Shown: positions 31,812 to 40,289 of the stretch, piece by piece
Numbering within the stretch: the first letter of the stretch is position 1
Layout: each line of letters opens with the position of its first letter
Source: Bacteroidota bacterium
GTDB lineage: Bacteria > Bacteroidota > Bacteroidia > M30B66
Direction: 5' to 3'
DNA length: 64,000 nucleotides
Assembly: GCA_947460255.1 (NCBI GenBank)
Contig: CANHIS010000004.1
Coordinates: 14,609-78,608, forward strand
The notes under the pieces: model-generated
What the model was told of the DNA's origin: nothing
Databases searched by the model: none
Seen by the model: the letters and a program-made list of their open reading frames with translations, nothing else
Translations under genes and position numbers: made by a program

Positions 31812-32271
31812 ATGATTTATCGGATTCTTCTTCGGCGCGCTTGAGAATATCCCAAGTATGGTCGGCTAACAAACGAACAGTTGCCACGAAACGCTTAAAC
31901 TTCTTGCTCCTGCCCCACTCGCCTGGCGAAACCATCGAAAGAAAATGTTTCTCATCTTCTTTTTCGTACAAATGGTACACATGCCCAACCAATGGATCAA
32001 ATCCCATGTGTGCTTGGTAAATCCACAAAGAAATATCGGTTCTCGATTTGATGTCTTGTGCTTGATTGAACAACAATTGAATCTGCTCCTGAATTTGCTT
32101 CAGCTGCATATCGGTTTGCTGTTCCATCGCCAGCAAAGCATTGCTTTTCACTTTTCCGAGGTCGTCCGGACGAATAACGCCGCTGCTCAACGTGTGTGCA
32201 TACGGCAATAAACCAGGATTCTCCGCAACTTTGTCGGGATCGATCGGATTGATAAACGGTTTTTCTTCCAC
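31810..32271 (-). CDS. DUF2452 family protein
   Basis: NPIDPDKVAENPGLLPYAH...F.P.VGHVYHLY...SP.EW pattern. Confidence 0.8.
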   Translation of the reverse strand: MEEKPFINPIDPDKVAENPGLLPYAHTLSSGVIRPDDLGKVKSNALLAMEQQTDMQLKQIQEQIQLLFNQAQDIKSRTDISLWIYQAHMGFDPLVGHVYHLYEKEDEKHFLSMVSPGEWGRSKKFKRFVATVRLLADHTWDILKRAEEESDKS

Positions 32272-32397
32272 GGATTCTTAAACACGCAAAATTAGGAATT
32301 GTTGACAATCGTTCGATTATATGCCGAACCAGTCCAACGAATTCCGAATTTCGCATCCGCCAACGAGGTGATTTAAAACACCTTGCAACACCTTAGA

Positions 32398-33711
32398 ATG
32401 AAATTCCTCATCAAACTAAAATCTTTTCTATTCACCGAAATCTTCGTGGCAACCATCCTATTGATGCTCCCTGCTATCATCAACGGTTCGCCCTTTTATG
32501 ATTTCGACTCCGGCGATTACATCGATTCAGGCATTCGACTTTCCTCATCACTTTCTCGCCCTTTCTTTTACAGCCTGTTCATCCTAGTAACATCACTTGG
32601 ATTCTCGCTGTGGCTCACGGTTTTCTGCCAATCACTTTTGCTTGCTTGGAGCCTGAAACAACTCCTCGTAAGCCTAGAGTTGAACCGTCCGAAAGCCTTA
32701 ATAATTCTAACACTAGCGCTCACTATTTTCACCCCAATTGGGCGATTAAGTGGACAAATCATGTCGGATGTTTTTACGACCATCTTGTTAATTCTTGGTT
32801 CTGCGTGGCTCATTGGCGGCCCAAAATGGCTCAACCAAAATAAGTTTCTGCTGCCTCTCATTGCATTTAGTTTTTCCACACATCTCGGGCATTTTTTTCT
32901 GCTGATGGTTTTTATTCCTTTCATGGCCTATCGGCATGGAAAATCAGGCATTGTAGAAAACTGGAAAACATTCCTCCGATTGGGGCTGTACCTGTGCGCC
33001 ATCATCCTTGGCAGCCTCGCAATTAACCATGGTAAAGTAAAACGGTTAACACTTAGTCCAGCCGCGGAAGCCTTTCAGATTTCAAAACTCGCTCACACTG
33101 GGGCTTTGCAGGAATACTTAAAGGAGAACTGTGAGCAATCATCTAATTTTTACTGCGCCTATAAAGATTCCATTCCGAACGACTTCAACACGTTTTTGTG
33201 GTCAGAGAAAAGTCCGATGGTGAAAGCTGGAAGCATCCGAAACGGTTGGCAGATCAACGAAAGTACCATCGCACAAATAAAGGTTTCCGATGCTGCCATG
33301 AAGGTTCATTACAAAGGTGTGCAGAATGATTTCATCCAACAATGTAAATCCAACAGTTGGTTGGTGGGCTGGTTTGTAGATTCGGAAAATACTGGAACGG
33401 TTTTGCAACGGCATTTCCCCATGCATCTTTCGTGGGCAAAAAATGCCCACTTCGACAAACTTCAGCTTCACGCTTTACTTGATCCCATCTTCCGCGGAGC
33501 GCTAATTGTAAGCCTTTTGTACATGCTGTTTGCCCTGTTTAAACCTTCGTTTCCACAAGAACGGTTATGGGTTTTGGCATTATTCGCACTTGTCTTCATC
33601 AACCACCTGTCGGTTGCTTTTCTTTCCATCCCCGACAACCGATTGGCAGCGAGGGTTACGGTGGTGTTGGTGATTCCGATTTTGTTGAGGATGATGAGGC
33701 GGATGACCTAG
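32398..33711 (+). CDS. Multi-pass membrane protein (possibly GT-C-like), function unknown
   Basis: Many TM segments; NG.P...DSGDY and MSDVFT motifs. Confidence 0.65.
   Translation: MKFLIKLKSFLFTEIFVATILLMLPAIINGSPFYDFDSGDYIDSGIRLSSSLSRPFFYSLFILVTSLGFSLWLTVFCQSLLLAWSLKQLLVSLELNRPKALIILTLALTIFTPIGRLSGQIMSDVFTTILLILGSAWLIGGPKWLNQNKFLLPLIAFSFSTHLGHFFLLMVFIPFMAYRHGKSGIVENWKTFLRLGLYLCAIILGSLAINHGKVKRLTLSPAAEAFQISKLAHTGALQEYLKENCEQSSNFYCAYKDSIPNDFNTFLWSEKSPMVKAGSIRNGWQINESTIAQIKVSDAAMKVHYKGVQNDFIQQCKSNSWLVGWFVDSENTGTVLQRHFPMHLSWAKNAHFDKLQLHALLDPIFRGALIVSLLYMLFALFKPSFPQERLWVLALFALVFINHLSVAFLSIPDNRLAARVTVVLVIPILLRMMRRMT
33677..33706 (+). repeat. Direct repeat copy 1 (3' end of the membrane protein gene)
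   Basis: cgattttgttgaggatgatgaggcggatga; the last 20 nt are identical to 34207-34226. Confidence 0.9.
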
Positions 33712-33888
33712 AAAACAAATTGAGTATCGATAAATTTATGTTCTAAAATAAAATTTTCTGATTCGTAAATGCCAAGGATTTAATCAAACAAGGTTTATCG
33801 ATACAAAAACCAAACTCATTAAGGAGTACATTCGTAACTGTGGAAGTTTACCATTCAAATTGATTGAATAGTTCAGTATTTTCATGTC

Positions 33889-34113
33889 ATGAAACATTAT
33901 TCAGAAATCATAACGATTGATCCACAAATTAGATTCGGCAAACCTTGCATTCGAGGAATGAGAATCACTGTATTTGATGTTCTTGGTTGGTTGGCTTCAG
34001 GTATGACGACAAAGGAAATCCTAGAAGATTACGCTGAATTAACTGAACAAGATATTATAGCCGTTCTAGCTTATGCGGCCGATAGAGAGCATAAAATCAG
34101 TATTGCTTCGTGA
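33889..34113 (+). CDS. DUF433 family antitoxin
   Basis: IITIDPQIRFGKPCIRGMRITV...GMT..EILEDY.EL..QDI.A.LAYAA. Confidence 0.92.
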   Translation: MKHYSEIITIDPQIRFGKPCIRGMRITVFDVLGWLASGMTTKEILEDYAELTEQDIIAVLAYAADREHKISIAS

Positions 34114-34160
34114 AAATTTTATTTGATCAAAATATTTCATTTCGATCAGTTGACATTTAA
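34110..34160 (+). pseudogene. Truncated DUF5615/PIN-like toxin (MKILFDQNISFRSVDI*)
   Basis: GTGA overlap with the antitoxin stop; typical MKxLxDxNxS start, ends after 16 aa. Confidence 0.75.
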
Positions 34161-34197
34161 TTGTTGCGAATTCGCCATAATTAAAATCTGATAATAT

Positions 34198-34226
34198 CGA
34201 TTTTGCGAGGATGATGAGGCGGATGA
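34198..34226 (+). repeat. Direct repeat copy 2
   Basis: cgattttgcgaggatgatgaggcggatga. Confidence 0.9.
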
Positions 34227-34236
34227 ATCCTACACA

Positions 34237-36363
34237 TCACTGAGGCACACCCTTCATCGCCAAAGCAATCCGCTTGCGCTGAAGATCCACTTCCATCACT
34301 TTCACTTTTACATGTTGATGCAGTTTCACTACCTGCAGCGGGTCCGACACAAACTGATCTGCCAATTGTGAAATGTGCACCAAGCCATCTTGCTTCACAC
34401 CCACATCCACGAAAGCGCCAAATGCCGTGATGTTCGTAATGATGCCCGGAAGCACCATGCCCGGAATGAGGTCATCGGGTTTGCGCACATTGGGATCGAA
34501 CTCTAAGATCGTTGCGTTCTTCCGAGGATCACGCCCCGGTTTTTCCAATTCTGCAAGGATGTCGTTTAAAGTAGGCAGCCCAATTTCTTGACTCACATAT
34601 TTGTTCGGATCGATCAGCGACTTCAGATCTTTGCGACCAATCAAATCTTTCAAGGGAATGCCGGCATCTTTGGCCATTTTCTCCACCAAACCATACCGTT
34701 CGGGGTGCACCGCACTGTTATCGAGCGGATGTTGAGCTTCAGGAATCCTTAGAAATCCAGCACATTGCTCGTAGGTTTTCTTCCCTAAACGGGGAATATT
34801 GAACAGATCATTCCGGCTCGTGAATGCTCCAACTTGGTTGCGCTGTTCCACAATTTTAGCCGCTGTAGCAGTTGATAATCCAGAAACATAAGAAAGCAGG
34901 TGCACCGATGCTGTGTTGAGATTCACACCAACTTGATTCACGCAAGATCGCACCACATCGGCCAATTGGTCGTTCATGAGGTTCGCATCGATATCGTGCT
35001 GGTACTGCCCCACTCCAACTGCCGATGGCTCAATCTTCACCAATTCCGCCAGTGGATCTTGCAAACGTCTTCCGATGCTTACTGCACCACGCACGGTAAT
35101 GTCGTACTGTGGAAATTCTTCCCGCGCCGTTTTGGATGCCGAATAAATCGATGCGCCACTTTCCGACACTACAAATACTTTCACGTGTGCAGGAAGATGC
35201 ATCCTTGTAATTAGGTTTTCGGTTTCTCGTCCACCGGTTCCGTTCCCAATCGCAACGGCATCAATTTTATAGGTCTCAATCAGATGACTCAATTTTGCCA
35301 TCGCCTGCTTGTCTTGTTGTTGCGGCTGGTGCGGGTAGATTGTTTCGTTGTGCAACAGTTTCCCTTGTGCATCCAAGCAAACGAGCTTACAACCGGTTCT
35401 AAATCCTGGATCTATTCCCAGTATGCGTTTCTCTCCCAATGGAGCTGCCATGAGCAGTTGGCGCAAGTTGGCAGCAAAAATCCTTACTGCCGATTGCGCT
35501 GCTTTTTCTTCCAAGGTTTGCAACAACTCATTTTCCAACGATGGCACAATGAGGCGTTTGTAAGCATCACGACTTGCTTTCTTCACTTCTTGAGCGCAAT
35601 CGCCCTGATTTTTCAGGTACATCCGATCGATGTTTTGTAACGACCGTTCTTCATCCGGCTCTACCGAAATCCGCAAGAAACCTTCCTTGTGCCCACGCAT
35701 CACAGCCATAAAGCGGTGCGACGGCATTCTAGAAGCAGGTTCATGATAATCAAAATAATCGCGGTATTTCTGGGCTTCTTCTTCCTTGGTTTTCACGAGT
35801 TTCGATTGGAACTCTGCAAACTTCTCGAAGCGCATCCTGAGTGATTTCCGCAATTCAGGATTTTCGGCAATCCACTCTGCAATAATATCGCGCGCACCTT
35901 GCAATGCAGCTGCTGAATCGGCAACCTCCTTTTTCACAAACGATCCTGCCAGTTTCTGTGGATCCTGATGCCCTTGCGACATCAGCATTTTGGCAAGTGG
36001 CTCCAATCCAAGTTCACGCGCCATCGAAGCACGGGTCTTTTTCTTCGGCCGGTAAGGCAAATAGATGTCTTCCAGATCGGTGAGGTTTTGCGCTCCGCGG
36101 ATAGCTTGCTCCAGCGCACCAGTGAGCAGTTGCCGTTCTTGCATCGACTCCAAGATGGCCGATCGGCGTTCTTCGAGCTTGTCGATCCGAAGTTTTTCAT
36201 CGCGGATGAGTTGAATCTGCTCTTCATCGAGCATCCCAGTTCGTTCTTTCCGATACCGGGCAATGAAAGGAATGGTGTTTCCTTCGTCGAGCATGGCCAA
36301 TACGGCTCCCACTTGGTGACGGGCAATTCCGGAAATCCGGGAAATCGATTCAATTACATCCAT
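34237..36363 (-). CDS. tex: Tex family RNA-binding transcription accessory protein
   Basis: TIPFIARYRKE, GIDPGFRTGCK and GAVSIGRRLQDPLAELVKI motifs, C-terminal S1 domain; ATG at 36363 follows a TATATTTG box. Confidence 0.92.
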   Translation of the reverse strand: MDVIESISRISGIARHQVGAVLAMLDEGNTIPFIARYRKERTGMLDEEQIQLIRDEKLRIDKLEERRSAILESMQERQLLTGALEQAIRGAQNLTDLEDIYLPYRPKKKTRASMARELGLEPLAKMLMSQGHQDPQKLAGSFVKKEVADSAAALQGARDIIAEWIAENPELRKSLRMRFEKFAEFQSKLVKTKEEEAQKYRDYFDYHEPASRMPSHRFMAVMRGHKEGFLRISVEPDEERSLQNIDRMYLKNQGDCAQEVKKASRDAYKRLIVPSLENELLQTLEEKAAQSAVRIFAANLRQLLMAAPLGEKRILGIDPGFRTGCKLVCLDAQGKLLHNETIYPHQPQQQDKQAMAKLSHLIETYKIDAVAIGNGTGGRETENLITRMHLPAHVKVFVVSESGASIYSASKTAREEFPQYDITVRGAVSIGRRLQDPLAELVKIEPSAVGVGQYQHDIDANLMNDQLADVVRSCVNQVGVNLNTASVHLLSYVSGLSTATAAKIVEQRNQVGAFTSRNDLFNIPRLGKKTYEQCAGFLRIPEAQHPLDNSAVHPERYGLVEKMAKDAGIPLKDLIGRKDLKSLIDPNKYVSQEIGLPTLNDILAELEKPGRDPRKNATILEFDPNVRKPDDLIPGMVLPGIITNITAFGAFVDVGVKQDGLVHISQLADQFVSDPLQVVKLHQHVKVKVMEVDLQRKRIALAMKGVPQ

Positions 36364-36406
36364 GGGGCAAATATATTGATGATGGGGAAAGGAACACAGT
36401 GCCTTG

Positions 36407-36455
36407 AGTACTGAGTCTTTAGTCCTTAGTCCTAAGTCTTGAGTCCTAAGTCTCA
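36407..36455 (+). repeat. Heptamer tandem repeat (AGTCYTN-type, 7 units)
   Basis: agtactg agtcttt agtcctt agtccta agtcttg agtccta agtctca. Confidence 0.9.
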
Positions 36456-36500
36456 ATTTGCTGCGAAATCAATCACATCAAATCCCCACCTTGAACACTA

Positions 36501-36525
36501 GCAACCGCGAACTTTAGTCCGAGGA
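36501..36525 (+). repeat. REP/IS200-type hairpin copy 1
   Basis: gcaaccgcgaactttagtccgagga, related to copies at 39654, 39804 and 41731. Confidence 0.65.
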
Positions 36526-36547
36526 GTAGATGAATCGCGAGCATGAA

Positions 36548-36702
36548 TTACCTCTCTCCCTAGCCCTCTCTCCACGGGAGAAAGGGGATTGATCGCGAAT
36601 ATTCTGAGCATTTGATTTTAAGTGTGGTTTTCAGTTTTACCTTGATGTTTAGGTAAAGTACAAATCTGTTCCCTCTCCTGCGGAGAGGGCTAGGGAGTGG
36701 TG
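36548..36702 (+). mobile_element. REPIN/MITE-like element copy 1 with CCTCTCCCTAGCCCTCTCC-type inverted ends
   Basis: 36548-36657 matches 42147-42256 at 103 of 110 nt by hand alignment; the right end ggagagggctagggagtggtg is near-complementary to the left end. Confidence 0.75.
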
Positions 36703-36886
36703 ATTAAGAACTTATAGAACAATGATCCTCTCAGAAACCCTTCAGCACATTCGTTAAGGCAACACAAACGAGAATTGTTTTAACTTTGATTTGAAAATCG
36801 ATCCCAAACGTTAAGTTGGTTTATTTAAGTATAAGTTAAATGATCATTATTTTGCATTGTTCAAACGTAAATTCTAATTAATAAGG

Positions 36887-37984
36887 ATGAAATTAAAAGG
36901 ATATTCTCGAGTTGAAGTAGATGATTTCTCCAAGAGTAACGGCAATTCTTTTTCGTTTTTTCAGAATGATAAAATTTTGAAAACTCTATTTGCTTTTATA
37001 ATTGGTATGATTGCAAATAATGGCATTCAGGCTCAGGTGAATTTAGTGCCGAATGCATCTTTTGAGAATGTTAACTATTTTCCGTGTTTCTTTTGGGGTA
37101 GCAATTCAACTATAGAATTTGCTTCATCTTGGAATGCTACTCAGACATTACAATTTGTTTGTACTCCTGATTTGTTTTGCATCGATACCTGCGAAAATGA
37201 ACAGTATATTCCAGACAATCCCTTTGGCAATCAAATCCCAGAGTCAGGAAATTCCTATGTTGGTCTAGTTCTTTTTGCTAATTTTAGTGATGACGTATTT
37301 GGAATTGAGTCCATTTACACCAAACTAGATTCAATCTTATTACCAGAAAACAATTACGAATTATGTGCATATTTTAGCTTATCTGAAAATTGCTGCCTTA
37401 ATTCACGAAAGCTATCATTTGCTGTAACTCCAGACACTTTAACTGAAAGCTTATTTAATAGTCTGAATCCAAATGATATTTTTTACTTAGAAGGCTTAGA
37501 ACAATGTAATTATTCCGACTGGACTCAAATCTGTACTACGTTTTCTCCAACACAACCTGGTAATATTCTCACATTTAATGTCATCAATAATCAAGCTGCA
37601 TTGCTGTCTGATACTGTGTTGTATGATAATGGGATTTGTGAGCATCCCGCAGAAGTTATCTCAGTGTATTATTACATAGATGATGTTTCTTTAGTGAATA
37701 AAGGTAAGAATACTGGTGTACCGCAAAATGGGAGTAAGAATAGTTTGGCGGTTTATCCTAATCCATCAAATGGTCAATTCCTTATAAAGTTAACAAATGA
37801 AATTGTAGGTTTAAATTTGAGTGTTGTTGATGTTACAGGGAGAAATGTCTTTCAATTTAATTTTCAAGGAACATTGCAAGAAAGATCAATTAATTTATCT
37901 TACCTTTCAAACGGGGTGTATTATTTGAATTGCAGCTCAAACGGTCAATATATTGGCAGCTCGCCTATTGTAATTTTTAAGTAA
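36887..37984 (+). CDS. T9SS type A cargo protein with CBM-like beta-sandwich (QxNLVPNxSFE family)
   Basis: QVNLVPNASFE ... YYYIDDVSL; CTD VYPNPSNG...GVYYL. True start is probably the TTG of LKTLFAFII. Confidence 0.8.
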   Translation: MKLKGYSRVEVDDFSKSNGNSFSFFQNDKILKTLFAFIIGMIANNGIQAQVNLVPNASFENVNYFPCFFWGSNSTIEFASSWNATQTLQFVCTPDLFCIDTCENEQYIPDNPFGNQIPESGNSYVGLVLFANFSDDVFGIESIYTKLDSILLPENNYELCAYFSLSENCCLNSRKLSFAVTPDTLTESLFNSLNPNDIFYLEGLEQCNYSDWTQICTTFSPTQPGNILTFNVINNQAALLSDTVLYDNGICEHPAEVISVYYYIDDVSLVNKGKNTGVPQNGSKNSLAVYPNPSNGQFLIKLTNEIVGLNLSVVDVTGRNVFQFNFQGTLQERSINLSYLSNGVYYLNCSSNGQYIGSSPIVIFK

Positions 37985-39438
37985 TGATGAGATTTTTCAT
38001 GCCAGTTTTGATTGTTTTGAATTGTTTGATGATTAAAGCTCAGTCCATAACTACCTTTAATCGCACTTATTTAGATTCCTCAAATTGGTCAGCAAAAGTT
38101 GGAAATACAATAGAAATTGATAGTGTTTTTTATTGCTTGAGTTCAGGAAATGGATTAGTTTCTAATTCTAATTACATTATGTTCTCAGCAATTAATTCAA
38201 ACGGTGATGTTATAAATCGTAGGTTAGTTGGTCGTCCTTTTAATATTGAGGCTTATTCTGGGCGAATTGCTAAAGACGATAAGAATTTTATTTATGCTGA
38301 TATCGGTCAAAGACTTGTCGGTAATCCTGATAAATTCAATACAAATGTGGTTAAATTAACTTTAAGTTTTGATACAATTTGGAATCTTAAAAATAGTGAC
38401 AGCACTTTTCATAACTACAGTAGATCAATTGCAGTTTATGATTCTTTGGTTTATATTGTAGGTGCAAAACGATTGGATAGTGCAAATTCAATATTGCTAT
38501 CTGGATATATGATTATTGCTGACACTGCTGGTTTTCAGCATGGCTTTACAGAGTATAATTTTGATAATCATTCACAAGAATTATTAAACTTATCAATAGG
38601 AATGAATAATGACTTGTTTTTATGTGGTTCTGGTAAAGATACAATGTCAAACTTTTATGGGCTTTTGGTTAATACGGACCTTTCAGGTAATGTAAATTGG
38701 TTTCGGAGATACTATGAGATGCGCAATATTTTCGACATTCTTCCATTAAGTGATTCTTCATATTTACTAACCGGTGGAGTATTCAATGATGGTGAGTATA
38801 GAGGTATATTAATTAAAATAAATTCAGAAGGAGACGTGATTTGGCAACGTGAATTTCCATTTGGTGATGAATTGAGTTTGTATTCATCCATTCAAGTATT
38901 AGATGAAGGAATAGTAAGTATTGGGTTAACCACACTTAATTCTACAAATGGCAATGATGGATTTATACAAAGAATAAATTATGATGGTAATTTAGTTTGG
39001 CAACGTTACTTTAATGGTTCAGCTTCAGTAACTGATTATTTCACAGATATAATTGAAACTTCAGATGGCGGTATTCTGGCTTGCGGTGCTGCTGGAGATG
39101 CCAATGAGTCCGGAGGCCAAAACCTCTGGCTGGTAAAGCTTGATAACATGGGCTGTCTGGAGCCCGATTGCTGGGTAGGAGTGGAGCAAGCAGATGCCAA
39201 CACACTTGGGGTGGCTGTTTACCCTAACCCAGCCACCGATTGGCTGTATTTAAAGTACGACAGCACCCACAAAATCACCCTCGAAATCTTTAATCTCAGT
39301 GGCCAAAAGGTTCTTCAACACCAGCATATGGCACCCAAAGAAGGTATTGAAATTTCTCATCTTCCAGCAGGACTTTATTTGTTAAGGTTTGTTGATGAGT
39401 TGGGGAATGTAGCGACTGAGAAGTTGGTAGTGGAGTGA
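37984..39438 (+). CDS. T9SS type A cargo protein with beta-propeller-type repeats
   Basis: Signal peptide; repeated xDxxGxxxWxR motifs; WLVKLDNMGC; CTD VYPNPA...GLYLL...KLVVE. Confidence 0.82.
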   Translation: MMRFFMPVLIVLNCLMIKAQSITTFNRTYLDSSNWSAKVGNTIEIDSVFYCLSSGNGLVSNSNYIMFSAINSNGDVINRRLVGRPFNIEAYSGRIAKDDKNFIYADIGQRLVGNPDKFNTNVVKLTLSFDTIWNLKNSDSTFHNYSRSIAVYDSLVYIVGAKRLDSANSILLSGYMIIADTAGFQHGFTEYNFDNHSQELLNLSIGMNNDLFLCGSGKDTMSNFYGLLVNTDLSGNVNWFRRYYEMRNIFDILPLSDSSYLLTGGVFNDGEYRGILIKINSEGDVIWQREFPFGDELSLYSSIQVLDEGIVSIGLTTLNSTNGNDGFIQRINYDGNLVWQRYFNGSASVTDYFTDIIETSDGGILACGAAGDANESGGQNLWLVKLDNMGCLEPDCWVGVEQADANTLGVAVYPNPATDWLYLKYDSTHKITLEIFNLSGQKVLQHQHMAPKEGIEISHLPAGLYLLRFVDELGNVATEKLVVE

Positions 39439-39449
39439 TGCGCTTTGCG

Positions 39450-39631
39450 CGTAAAACGTGTTTAGTCTTTAGTACTTAGTCTTTAGTACTGAGTCTTTAG
39501 TACTGAGTCTTTAGTCTAGAGTACAACGTATTACGTACAAAGTATTTAGTCTGGAGTAGAAAGTGGAAAGTATAAAGTTGAAAGTAGAAAGGGGAAAGGG
39601 GAAAGGAGAAAGGAGAAAGTATAAAGGAAAT
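39450..39631 (+). repeat. In-phase heptamer ladder (~26 units)
   Basis: Unbroken 7-nt register from cgtaaaa/cgtgttt through agtcttt/agtactg, cgtacaa, agtagaa and aggggaa to aggaaat. Confidence 0.9.
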
Positions 39632-39700
39632 ACGATTCCCAATTAGCTTCCTCGCAGCCGCGGACTTTAAACTTTGGAAATAAGGTTAATTTGGAGGGAA
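39632..39700 (+). repeat. Conserved block with REP-type hairpin, copy 2
   Basis: acgattcccaattagcttcctcgcagccgcggacttt...tggaaataaggttaatt. Confidence 0.8.
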
Positions 39701-39704
39701 TGTG

Positions 39705-39850
39705 GGTACAACGTGTTTAGTCTTAAGTACTCAGTCTTTAGTAGAAAGTTGAAAGTAGAAAGGGGAAAGTAGAAAGGAATTGCAAGGCCCAATTGGCACC
39801 CTCGCATCCATGGACATTAGTCTGTGGAAATAAGGTTAATTGGGAGGAAT
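39705..39850 (+). repeat. Second ladder (11 heptamers) plus conserved block with hairpin copy 3
   Basis: ggtacaa cgtgttt agtctta ... aggaatt, then cccaattggcaccctcgcatccatggacattagtctgtggaaataaggttaatt. Confidence 0.8.
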
Positions 39851-40138
39851 ATGGGTGTAATGTGTTGGGTACAACGTATTGATTACAAAGTAAAATGATT
39901 ACAACGTAATACCTAAAGCAATTTGCTTTCAATAAAAATGATTCGATAAAATCTTAATTGCGGGCTAAATGTTTTAATACATGTTGCCTTAAATTAACCG
40001 GCAATATATACGAAACAGTCATTCAGTTGGCGAGAGTATTAGGTATTCCCAACTAAATAAAACACCCTACTATTGGAATAATTTTCATTTACGATATATA
40101 TTCTGTGGAGAAATTGCGTAAATTAGATATCGCAGATT

Positions 40139-40285
40139 ATGAAATTTGCGCCTTTGAAAATATTCGCATCTAATTTAGCTCTCATGCTATCAGCAACTTT
40201 GGCCAATGGCATGTATCTTTGTAAAGTGTTGATGCAAAACAACGCTCAAACACAGTTTGTGTGGAAGTTGCGCATAGAACAATAA
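40139..40285 (+). pseudogene. Remnant of a T9SS C-terminal sorting domain
   Basis: 48-aa ORF ending LANGMYLCKV...FVWKLRIEQ*, 4 nt before the next ATG. Confidence 0.6.
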
Positions 40286-40289
40286 ACCG

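Noticed and set aside
36364-36456. N-terminal extension of tex in the ORF track
   Set aside because: It is a translation of the heptamer repeat and promoter; the real start is the ATG at 36363.
39738-39932. 64-aa minus-strand ORF
   Set aside because: Translation of the repeat module.
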